DNA of 64,000 bases from Squalus acanthias. Its lineage: Eukaryota. A program made the position numbers and the translations under genes. The stretch spans positions 67,954,001 to 68,018,000 of the forward strand of contig CM059432.1 of the NCBI GenBank assembly GCA_030390025.1. Direction: 5' to 3'. The number at the start of each line of letters is the position of its first letter. Within the stretch, counting starts at the first letter, position 1. Below, one piece after another: positions 14,479-26,100 of the stretch. The notes under the pieces are model-generated. The model ran no database searches, was not told where the DNA came from, and saw only the letters and a list, made by a program, of their open reading frames with translations.

Positions 14479-15810
14479 TAATAACAATTTCACAAACATG
14501 TTCCAAATCATAAATTATTTCATGGCTATAAAAGTACCTGCAAATATTTTCTGACATCAAAATAGCCAACAGTTTGCAACACCAGAGAAAAAGAAATCGA
14601 ACAGATTTAAATAAAGCACACCCACAATTCTGAGCACTGATAAACAGCAAGAACATTGCCAGTCACATTATATACCACAAGTTGATTCTTTTACTTCAAT
14701 TAAGTGAGAAATATTTGAATATATGAATATGTTACACTATATTAATAGCAAAGATAAAATACTTAACATTTTTCTAAGCTTTTTAATTCACAGTCACTTC
14801 TGAATACACCTTGGGTTAAAAACAGAAAGTTGTAACAGAGCGTGAGACAAAGGTTCTATTTTACATAGTGGACAGAAAATTGTGATTTTCCTCCTGGCAG
14901 GTGAGTGGGGTTCCTGGCCATGAGTGCACGTTTGTAAAATTGGTCCGAGTAAGATTTCTGTCCATTTTGTTTAACCCTTTCTGTTGCATGTTATTTTACA
15001 AAATAAGGGATTTTGTTTTGTTGATCCAGACTGGATTGCCTTTTCCAAAGCCCGCTTTGTTATCTGAATCTCAGTTCTAGTACACAGACATTGACATTTC
15101 CTCCATGGTTGAGCCATATGTTCATTAATTGTGGCCGATGATCAAAGACTTTTGGTCTTAAACCTTATGCAAGAATTTTTTTTACAAGAGAAAGCATTTG
15201 GCTCTTGGTTTTTCTAAAATGGCATTCCACTCACTGCTTTTGGAACTTAATACATTCAATTTGTGTTTTTTTATATACTGGAAATGTGCAATATGTTTGA
15301 TGTATCTACACTGATATATTAGTAACAACACATTTCATGACATGTATGCTTTTGTGTATGATTGACCACAGACGGTTTCTTCTTTTAATCTGACTCAAGG
15401 TTCTCATTTAAGATTTGTAATTGTATTAAATCACAAAATGTCAGTTGTTTGTTGCCAATATGCAATGAAAGCATTTTTTGAAAAAAACATTGGAATCATA
15501 TAAGCAAAGACTCCAAATATATCCATTGCAGCACAGTCTCTGTGATATGCCTGCCACGTTAATTTGACATGCTCCATTTGCCAATGAAATGGGACTGTAA
15601 GTACAGCACTGTTTCAGAATCAATGCCAATTATCCAGTTTAGATGCTAATATGACAAGCATCTGCTTTTTTGTGCTGAAGATAAGAATATTAAAATGAAA
15701 CTCATTTTCCCGTGCATACTGATTTCTTATTGATGAGCACAGGCAAACCAAGTCACTGCATTTGTTATAATGCTAAATAGACCTCATTTTCTTGGTCAGC
15801 AGAATAAGAA

Positions 15811-15900
15811 TTAAACTGCAGAAGTAATTTGAGTCAGACCTAAATCCTGAACGTCATCTCTCGCTTGTGGCGAGAAAGATGACATTTCCACTGCTAGTCA
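15811..15900 (-). other. oprk1: Stop-codon readthrough cassette (TGA CTAG) and C-terminal extension of oprk1
   Basis: TGA-CTA-G followed by the open frame LAVEMSSFSPQARDDVQDLGLTQITSAV-TAA; hairpin at 15853-15883. Confidence 0.85.
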
Positions 15901-16424
15901 TACCTGCCGGTTTGCATTCCCTATGCTATTGCGAAACAATGTAGCATTCTGTGTGGTATTCCTTACTCTGTTGCTGGTCTGCAACTCCAGCCTCAACCCC
16001 GAGGAACAGCAAAAATCTTTGAAGCACCTTTTAAAATTTTCATCTAGAAAAGCATAGAGGATGGGGTTAAGGCTGCTGTTGGTATATCCAAGAGCTACCG
16101 AGAAATAATAGCAGGCAGATAATGCTGTGGTTTCTGGGATATTTGCTAAAGCTTTGACTAATACAAAAATGTGAATGGGAGTCCAACAGATGATAAAAAC
16201 TGCTACAACAATGAGGACCATCCGTGTGATTCGGCGTAAGTTTCTGTCTTTCTCTCTGGAGCCAGACAGTAGTCTCACACTCTTCAAACGCAAGATCATC
16301 AAGCTGTAGCATACAGAGATGATGAGAACTGGTATGACAAAGGCAAAGACAAAAACACAGATTTTCAGCACAGTGTCCCAGTACCAGTAGGGATGTGGGA
16401 ACTGCAACGCACATTCAACGATAC
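15898..16424 (-). CDS. oprk1: Kappa-type opioid receptor, coding exon 3 (ECL2 to C-terminus)
   Basis: Acceptor [69 protein letters not shown]. Spliced CDS is 263+353+527=1143 nt = 380 aa plus stop. Confidence 0.95.
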
Positions 16425-18011
16425 CTGTTGAATAAGAAAAACAAAAGTCAGCGGTTATGATGAAATCTACAATCAAACCTATTACAGCTAAACCTTGTTA
16501 ACTGAGATTGGTATCGTTTTATTTTTTTTTCAGATTATCTTCAGTCAAATATAAATAGTTATACTGGGAATTCAGTGGAATCAAGCTGTACCAAACATAT
16601 TATCCATGTAATTGCATGCCCGATTAACCTTGTTCTAATTAACAAACTGGAATATTAATAGGAAAATAGTACAGATCCTACAAGAAGACAGTATAATCAT
16701 TTTAGCAGTCTCTTTACGTATTGTGCTGAATTATAGTAAAAACCTTCAATTAAAAAAACCCACTGAACTGATGTGTGTTTAATGGTATGTAGCAGAGACC
16801 TGGTTCCATAAGACAGGCTTGGTAATTGACTATGCAAAAAAATATATCGTAATTCTGCTTGGCCTTCAGCTTTTTGTGTCAAATTCAATTGCCGCAACTT
16901 GTAACCAGGTGAAGGTGATTTGGAGACCAGCTGGCATGCAGGAAGTCAGCTGAAGATCAGCTTCAGTGTATTTCTGGTGAGCAGATGTAAAGTGGACATA
17001 TTTAGAAAATTACCTCCAGAAACATTATATAATTCTCTATGAAGTGATAAATGGTGACAATGTGAAAACTGGTTCTGGTGTCTTTCTCCTACTTAGATTT
17101 TTTCAAATAGACTGATTGACAGTTGTTGATAAGTTGCAACTGATATATATTGAAATTGTGCTACCTACTTATGGTTTACCAGTGAGTTAATTTCAAAATA
17201 TTGTGTTTCAGTTCTTGTTGCCAAGGGAACACTAGAATACTCTTATCCATAAAGGCCAGTGCCTGTAAAATCACAGGTGTCCAATTCTAGCGGTTTATGA
17301 TCTCACTGTTATTCTCACTAAAAGGGTGACTCATAAGTTTTATATTTTCACAAGGAGTAAAAATAGTCCTTGTTTTTCTGTTTACCTCTCCAAGTAATTA
17401 ATTCAGTTCTCACTTTCCTGTTTACCTCTACCAGCAAGTGATTTAGGAGTATGTCTTCCTCTGTTCACTAATCAAGAGAAAGTATAGAAGTGAGTATAAA
17501 GCACTGTTTTCCACTTTGTATCCATCATCTACATTTTCATTAAAATTAGTAGAGGAAAACATATGCTTTCGTCATTTATTTTGGAGCATTAATTAGATGG
17601 TGGGGAGCATGTGCCCAAATTCCCAATAGCAACGCTGGTGGACGAGGCTCTGTAAAGGGAATGCAATTTCGTAAAATTACTCCTTAAGTGTTCATACAGC
17701 AATATCACACAGCACAATTTCTAAGCTCATGCTACTTATCTAACATAACTATTACAGTGCTACAGATTAACATGAGCATTAAGGGTCTATGACATTTAAC
17801 CAAGCTAGACAAAGATAGATAAAACACTTGCTTAAATCAATTATAGCTGTATATTTTACATTCCCTCCTATGAGTTGAGGCATTGAGCATTACAGCTTAG
17901 ACTGGAAATTATTGATTCTGCACGCTGCAATTTCCTCAGAAAATCAGTTTTAATGGTAACTAAATTTTAAAGGACAAAGAGCAATGCTGAACACCATAGG
18001 AAAGAAGGATG

Positions 18012-18215
18012 CTATAAAACCGTCTCTCTACCTCTCGTTCCTCCTTTAAGACACTCTTTAAAACCTACCTCTTTGACCAAGCTTTTGGTCACCTGCCCTA
18101 ATTTCTCCTTATGTGGCTCGGTGCTAAGTTTTTTGTCTTTTAATACTCCTGTGAAGCGCCTTGGGACATTTTACTATGTTAAAGGCGCTATATAAATACA
18201 AGTTGTTGCTGTTGT
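18012..18215 (+). mobile_element. L2 LINE 3' end
   Basis: CCTTTAAGACACTC..AAAACCTACCTCTTTGACCAAGC...GTGAAGCGCCTTGGG...GGCGCTATATAAAT followed by a (GTT)n tail. Confidence 0.75.
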
Positions 18216-18381
18216 TTAATGACCATCAATGCTGCAAGGTGTTATGGGGATGAAGGCACAAAAACTGCAGCAAAATGATGTCTGCTCATCTGCTCTGAAG
18301 TGAGCAAGTGCTATACTCGTAACAGGTTGTCATGCAATTAGGCTAGTTCTGATTTTATTTTTGACTGCAATTATGTGCTTG

Positions 18382-18473
18382 AGTAATAGATTGAGTTAAC
18401 ATCTCTGAATATCTGATGTCAAGGGGAAATTTTTGAAATCAGATATTCAGAGATGTTAACTCAATCTATTACT
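18382..18473. repeat. Perfect 36-bp inverted repeat with 20-nt spacer
   Basis: AGTAATAGATTGAGTTAACATCTCTGAATATCTGAT (18382-18417) and its exact reverse complement (18438-18473). Confidence 0.95.
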
Positions 18474-19462
18474 GAGCAAGCATTCCAAGAGAAGTTCCTA
18501 TTTCCCATCTACATGCTGCCCCTCGGCGACATCATCAGAAGTTATGTGGAAAGGTTTTAAACATCTCAAGTTTCTACTCTTGATATTGTTGTCTGAGTTA
18601 AGAATTCCCAACCAGCGCTGTTCATGTATGAACACTTGGGGACTGATTATTGTCTCCCTACTGCCCAGTCTTTTGGTATGAACTGGGCAGTAGCAGGACA
18701 AAAATCACAAAGGAAATCAGCAACTTACCACCAGCAGCCCATTCATTAGCCTGCATTATCTTCAGTTGGGTTAATATCTAAAGTACACAGAGGAATTCAG
18801 TATAAATGTGCCAAGTACTCATACAAGGACAGTGCCAGTCAAGAAATATATTCTGAAGAAATAATTTTGGAACTGACTTGGCGTTTAGAAAGGTCTCTAG
18901 TTAGAAGTAACTTGTTTGAAGTTTCTCTTAGATCATAAATATTGCTATATATTTTATCTAAAATCTTTCCAAAAAACATTTTAATGGTGAATTTGTGTCC
19001 AAGATAAAAATAAAGATTTTTGTGCTAAGCTTCAATATCATGCATTCTCAGGTATAACGGAGGTCAGGGACAGGTTAAAGCTCCACCTATAGTGCCCTAA
19101 CAATGCACCTCAACCACAAGCACAGAAAAGATACCCCTAATGCACAGCTATAACATGTCCTTTTCTCAAAGCAGTCACCCTTACAGTCTTTCTGAGGAAA
19201 ACTACCAATTTATGCCAGAATTCTGGTTAGTGAAACCATGCCCAATAGTAACTGGGGATGAGGCTGATCTTACTCATTTTGTGGAGGACCCCAAAGCCAT
19301 TTGAGAAAAAAACTTTCCTCACGTTGGCCTGAGTTGGATTCTAACTCATGTCCCAGAAATAAAAGATCAATTCCTTAATCCACGTGCTACCCAGTCCCCT
19401 CTTTAAACTTATGTGATAGAATACAATACATAACAATTAGTTTAGATGAAGTTCACAAAGTG

Positions 19463-19918
19463 TTAGCTTTGGCTCATTGGTAGTACTCTTACCTCTGAGT
19501 CAAAAAGTTGTGGGTTCAAGCCCCATGCCAGAGACTTGAGCACACAATCTAGGTGGGCAGTTTAAGGGAGTGCTGCATTATTGGAGGTACCGGTTTTCAG
19601 ATGAGACGTTAAACCAAGACCCCATCTGCCCTCTCAGGTGGATGTAAAAGATCCCTTGGCACTATTCAAAGAAGAGCAAGGGAGTTCTCCCAGTGCTCTG
19701 CCGGACAATCAACAATCCCACAATCAACACCTAAAACAGATGATCTGGTCATTTATTTTGTTGCTGTTTGTGGGACTTTGCCGTGCGCAAATCAGATGAC
19801 TTGTTTCCTACATTACAACAGTGGTTACACTTCAAAAGTACTTTATTGCCTATAAAGCACTTCAGGGTGGTCTGAGGTTGTAAAGGCGCTATATAAATGC
19901 AAGTTCTTTCTTTTTTTA
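19463..19918 (+). mobile_element. tRNA-derived Deu-domain SINE (SacSINE1/AmnSINE1-like)
   Basis: A box TGGCTCATTGG, B box GGTTCAAGCC; core GATGAGACGTTAAACC...GGATGTAAAAGATCCC.TGGCACTATT; L2-type tail. Confidence 0.8.
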
Positions 19919-20135
19919 AATTACAGGAGAAACGTCATACAGGCATTAATTTGGACCAGAACCTTTTTTGCATATTCAATGTTTTACACTTCATTAAAAC
20001 TCATCAATAGGTGAATGATAGTCAGCAAAAAATTTAACGTGTAAAAATTAAATACGCTACAATAAAATTCAGACTTTTCTAATACTTTGTAACTACAGTA
20101 ATGATGTTGGCTTTGACTGCAGCTTCAATACTCAC

Positions 20136-20488
20136 CATCCCTTGTTCCAGTGGCCCCCAGCACTATAACAGGAATGCCAATAACTGAGGCAAGGAGCCAG
20201 ATGCAAACATTCATTACTTTTGCCTTTAATGGAGTGCGGAAGTCCAATGCCTTCACTGGATGGCACACAGCAATATATCGATCAACGCTCATCATTGTCA
20301 ACGTGAAAATGCTGGTAAACATGTTATAATAATCAATGGAGACCACTATTTTACACAGCACATCTCCAAATGGCCAGGACCCCATTAAATAGTCAGCACT
20401 CTGGAAAGGCATTGTGCTTGTTGCTAGAGCATCTGCTGCAGCAAGATTGAAAATATAGATATTGGTAGCTGTCTTCATCTTGGTGTGT
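20136..20488 (-). CDS. oprk1: Kappa-type opioid receptor, coding exon 2 (ICL1 to TM4)
   Basis: [16 protein letters not shown]...[40 protein letters not shown]. Acceptor TTTTTAG|A, donor G|GTGAGT, 353 nt; phases match the flanking exons. Confidence 0.95.
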
Positions 20489-21108
20489 CTAAAAAGAAAT
20501 ACATAAAGCTGTCTTAGTTCATTGCTGTGACCATTCATAGTCCATACAAAATGACGATTACAAGCAAAATAAAACCCAGCACTGGAATACATATCATTCA
20601 GAAGTTATGTGCCATTTGTTCAATAGATGTTTTCATTTATACAGATGCTGTGCCTATCTTAGATGCTAGGCAATTAAATATCAATTCTTTAACACCAACA
20701 CGTTGTGTCCTGCTCTCAAATATCAATTTGCTTGCTATGGTGGGCATAAAACATGGCCAATTCACAGAATATATGAATAGCATTCAACACTGGAAAATAC
20801 ACAAGCCAAACCAAACAAAATACAAGTAATTGTCAGCTTTTATTCAGTGTGTGGTGCAGTCAGTTGCTGATGATTCCATTAGTTAACTACTATTCACTAT
20901 AGTTAATACAAATAAAGTCGTGATTAACAAAGTACTTCTTATAAGGCATTCTGCTAAATTAATGTAGGCTTCTTCTCAGACTGTTAAACTTATAATAAGG
21001 TTTCTAATAGCTAATTTTCTAATAGTGAAGATTTTGAAATTCCTCTTTTAATGACACTTGCAGTCTTGCCTATTTTCTGCACTGTCGGGCCAAAGTCAAT
21101 TTCTCCTC

Positions 21109-21710
21109 TGATCTTGCTGATGTTGAGTTGAAGGAAATTGTTGCTTATCTGGGACATAACATTATTTAAATAGTTGGACAGCATAGTGGCGGTTGAGGAA
21201 TCAAGAGTGGTGGCAGAGAGGTACAGCTGGGTGTTGTCAGCATACATGTGAAAGCTGGTCCATTGGCATGAACTATATCACCAAAGTGCAACATGTGCAC
21301 AAGGGGCAAGGATGTGAAAGGGGCAAGGATGGAGCCTGGAGTCACACCAGGTGTGACTGTTGTGGTGGGGGGTGGGGTGGGGGGGGGGGGGGGTTGGTGG
21401 AGGGGGGGAGAGAGACACACGACCATTATAGTAGATGTGCTGGCCACACTGGGACAGGTATGAGTGGAACCATGCTAGGGCAGTGCCAAGAAGGTAGACC
21501 ACAAAGGAGAAATTATGGAGTCAAAAGTCACAGAGGTCAAGGAGGACAAGTAGGAATAACATATGTCATTGGCAACTTTGGCAAGGGATGTTTGGGGGTT
21601 TGAACAGGGGGAAAGCAGATTGAAGGAAATCAAAGAATGAGTGATGGGAGAGGTGGGTATGGAGATGGGCAGCAACAACACATTTGAGGAGTTTAGAGAG
21701 AAAGTGGGTA
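21109..21710 (-). mobile_element. Decayed L2 LINE RT fragment
   Basis: MYADNTQLYLS, FLQLNISK, GTALAWFHSYLS, TSLAKVANDI motifs in several frames. Confidence 0.75.
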
Positions 21711-23134
21711 GGGCAAAAATGGATTTATTGATTTTTAATTTACTTGTATTCCTGTAATGCTGGACTCATCATGTGAAGGGTTAAATACCAAGACTACAAC
21801 TATATTCTTTTCAGCAGAAAACTATCAGCTTCAACTAGTCTACTAGATTTTACTTATGGCATAAATGTGTTTTGGCACACACAATGGGGCTTTGAAATAT
21901 TAATTAGTTAATTAACTCAAGGGGTATTATTTACAATTCCAAGCATCGCATAGTCGTGTTGGAGATAGCCTTGTTGTCCTACAGAAATACCATTGCAGCA
22001 TCTTGCCAGTTAAAGTGTCATTCTATCCCATTCACACAGCATGACACACAACCAGGCACCCTGGTCACACGTCACAAGATAGTTCTCAAGCTGGGGGTTG
22101 TGTCTTTGATTAATGACTATTTCTAAGTTCTTTGAAAAAAGGGCCGGACCTTTAATTGGTTGGAACCCTCTGCGATTGACAGGTCAGTGAACAGAGACCT
22201 CATCACACAGATTGATATTACCAGGTCTCAGAGCAGTCAGAATGCGTGTGAACTTTGCAGTCAGTGCCAAAAGGCATGGAATTTGCTGATCAGAATTTCT
22301 ACCTTGTATTATCTAATAATATATTAAGAAAGTGCTCTTTATCCCTAATTTATGCTCAGGTGCTCACAGTGTTGATTTAGTTAACTAAAAAGGAGTTTTA
22401 GGCATCAACTAAAACTATTTGCCCGGATTTTGCAGTCGGTATGGTGACATACTCTCAGAGTATGCCACCATACCAACTTTGAAATCCACTGCAAGTTCGG
22501 GATTTCCAGCGCATGTGCAAAATCCGGAACTTGCGGTCTGTCAACGTGGCCATCCGCGCAGGCCACAAAAAAGCAATCACTGGCGCAAAGTTGGACTTTT
22601 TTGCCCATCGACTGGCCAGTAATTGCGCACGGAAATGTTATGGTTGATGCAAATGGGTGCAGGGCCTGTTTGCATCAGCGTAAGGGGATACCTCAGCCAT
22701 TAATTAAACATTTTCATATCGTAAATTATGCACATACACTGTATCAAATTAATTTATGCAAATATTGGCCTGGATTATAGTTATAATGATGTCTAAAATT
22801 ATCAAAAAATTACATTTTTTGTGAGGTTGGTGGAATGAAGGTAATTATGAATAAAATTCCAATTCAGTAATTAGATCAGATTTCAGGATTCCATTACATC
22901 TCATTACGGGGTCCCCTTTGGAAATGATTAAAATGGAATTCTGCTTTGTGATTGGAGGACCAGACCCACATGATACCAGGAACACTTCCGCACCACCTGC
23001 GTCCCTGGAATCCGTGGGCATTTACACTGCCCTCCGCCTCGGAGCCTCAGACTACAAGTTTTCGCAGCCTCGCCACCAACAGGTAGGTTCGTAATTCTTT
23101 CGCGGGTCAGAGGCATACTCCAGAGGTAGGTCTC

Positions 23135-26100
23135 TGTAATGTATTATCACATGGTTTGGTATGAGCATGCTCAGTTCGCTCTGGCCTAGTAATGCAAGCA
23201 CATAGACTAGCAACTCATCGTGTCTCTGTCCTTCATTTGTTCTACCCAAGTATATTACAGTTTGGCGATGAGGATGGGATCTCACAGCCATTTTTAAGGA
23301 TCATGGAAGGACAAAGTGTTCAACCTTCGAGTGGAGAAGTTTAAGGTGAATTTGTGACATCTAAACTGAATTTTTGCGATTTTTTACCGTTAATGCTGAT
23401 GCAGAATTGTCTGTGCTCTGCCTTCGCGTGTATGCACACACAGCAACAGCGGCGTTGATTCTCAGGTAAACAGGTAGTGTGCTGAGTCACTGTTCAACAG
23501 GATTGGGACAATCATGGCCGCACCTACGGGATTCATCGGAAGCCTCGGCATGTATGACCGAGCTCGCAAACCATTCAATTCTTACATTGAGCAGATGGAG
23601 ATGTTTTTTAGGGCCAATAACATTATTGAGACTGAAGGTGCAGATGGGAATGTTCATGCTTAAAATAAAGTAATTAGTGAATGGAAGAAAGCAATTTTTC
23701 TAATGACGATCGGGCCAGATGTCTACAGAACGTTGACAAACCTACTCGCACCAGGGAAAGCGAAGGATGCGTTGTTTGAAGATATTGTCGAGAAACTCGA
23801 GGACTATTTCGACCCAAAGCCATTAGAAATAGCAGAGAGCTATAAGTTTGGTACCAGAAACAATGAGAAACCATCAGTGAGTACATTGTAACTCTTAAGA
23901 ACCTGTCTTTGCATTGTAACTTCGGCACATTTTTGGATTGTGCATTGCGAGATAAGTTTGTATATGGACTGGTGGATGAGCGCACACAATCCAAGTTACT
24001 GAACACTCCGAACCGAACGTTTGACATAGCATGCAAAATTGCCCTATCGATGGAGATGGCGTCTAAGAATGCTAGGGAGCTCCATCCAACTCAAGTGACT
24101 AGTGCAGCTGAGGTCTACAGTCACAAAACCACCGCCAAACCTAAAGCTGTGAGACTAAGTCAAAAGCATGTTGCTGAGAGCAGTTCAGTGAATTGTTATC
24201 GCTGCAATGGAAATCATTCACCACAGCCCTGCCAATACAGAAATGTGAAGTGTTTTCACTGCCAGAAGCAAGGCCATATTTTAACAGCTTGCAGAGTTAG
24301 ATCTAAAGCAGGAAGTAAGAACCATTCTAGTGGCAATGCAAAGCAGCGACAACAAAAGGGAAGAGTTCACAATATTGAATTGATCACACCTGATATTGAA
24401 GAATTAGGCATCTACAGTATCTATGCCACTAGTGGCAACACTAGCAGTTGTGTGTTGGGAGTGAAGGTGCGATTTTCACACTAAGTGCAGTTGACAAAGA
24501 CTTTCCCATGAATGCAACTGAGATTGCGGATGAGACTCAAAAGGACTCAGTACTGAAAAGAGTGTATGAAAGCACCTAGAATGGATGGACTGATCAGTGT
24601 CTGGACACAGAATTGAAACCATTCCATAACCATCATACTGAATTGTCTTGTGAGCAAGGTTGTATCAAGTGGGGAAACAGAGTGGTGGTACCTACTTCTT
24701 TGAGAGATAGAATTCTGGGCGAACTTCATACTGAACATCCAGGGATCGCAAGTGTGAAATCAATTGCAAGAAGCTTTGTTTACTGGCCTGGATTGGACAG
24801 TGATCTTGAATCACTTGTCAGCAAATGCAGCATTTGCCAAAATTGCAGAAACAAACCACCCAAAACTCCACTACAACCCTGGTCATGGCCAAGTAGACAT
24901 TTTCAGAGAGTACATGTAGACTTCTGTGAGAAAGCAAATGATTATTTCCTGGTATTTGTAGATAGTCACTCAAAATGGATTGAAGTGAAACACATGGGTT
25001 CAAATACTACAACTGAACGAAAGCAAGCTGGCGGAAAATATAAAAACTAACTCCAAAAGCTTTTATAAGTATATCAAGAGGAAAAGACTGGTGAAAACCA
25101 AAGTTGGTCCATTGCAGTCAGATACGGGGGAATATATAATGGGAAATAAGGAAATGGCAGACCAACTAAATGCATACTTTGGGTCAGTCTTTACGAAGGA
25201 AGACACAAAAAACCTCCCTGGGATATCGGGAAAAATAGGGACATTGGCAAAGGAGGAACTGACGCAAATCAATATCTCTAAGGATATGGTGTTAAGGAAG
25301 CTAAAGGGATTGAAGGCGGACAAATCCCCAGGGCCTGATAACATGCATCCTAGGGTACTGAAGGAGGTGGCCCTAGAGATAGCGGATGCACTAAGCATGA
25401 TTTTTCAGAATTCATTAGACTCGGGAACAGTGCCCATGGATTGGAGGGTAGCTAACGTTACCCCACTATTCAAAAAGGGGGGTAGGGAAAAAGCAGGTAA
25501 TTACAGACCTGTAAGCCTTACATCAGTTGTGGGCAAAATGCTGGAGTCCATCATTAAGGATGAAATAGCCGAGCACTTAGCAAATGGGGACAGGATAGGA
25601 CAGAGTCAACATGGATTTACAAAGGGTAAATCGTGCTTGACTAATCTATTGGAATTTTTTGAGGGAGTAACTGGTAAAATAGATGGGGGAGAGCCAGTAG
25701 ATGTGGTGTACCTGGACTTCCAAAAGGCCTTCGATAAGGTCCCACATAAAAGATTAGCATGGAAAATTGAAGCTCATGGGATAAAGGGGAAAGTATTGAC
25801 GTGGATAGAGAACTGGCTGTCAGATAGAAAACAGAGAGTTGGAATAAACGGCTCATTTTCTGAATGGCAGGCAGTAACAAGTGGGGTACCACAGGGATCT
25901 GTCCTGGGTCCCCAGCTGTTCACAATTTATATTAATGACCTGGATCAGGGAGTCGAATGCAGCATTTCCAAATTTGCAGACGACACTAAACTAGGAGGGG
26001 GGGTGGGCTCAGAGGAGGAGACCAGGAAGCTCCAGAGCGATTTGGACAGACTGGGTGATTGGGCGGATAAATGGCAGATGCACTATAATGTGGACAAGTG

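Noticed and set aside
16425..16476. N-terminal extensions of ORFs 15898..16476 and 20125..20592 beyond the receptor-like sequence
   Set aside because: These are intronic read-through past clear polypyrimidine-AG acceptors, not protein.
19463..19530. tRNA genes at 19463, near 29900-29966 and near 44270-44353
   Set aside because: Only A/B boxes are present, each followed by a retroposon body; no complete cloverleaf is evident.
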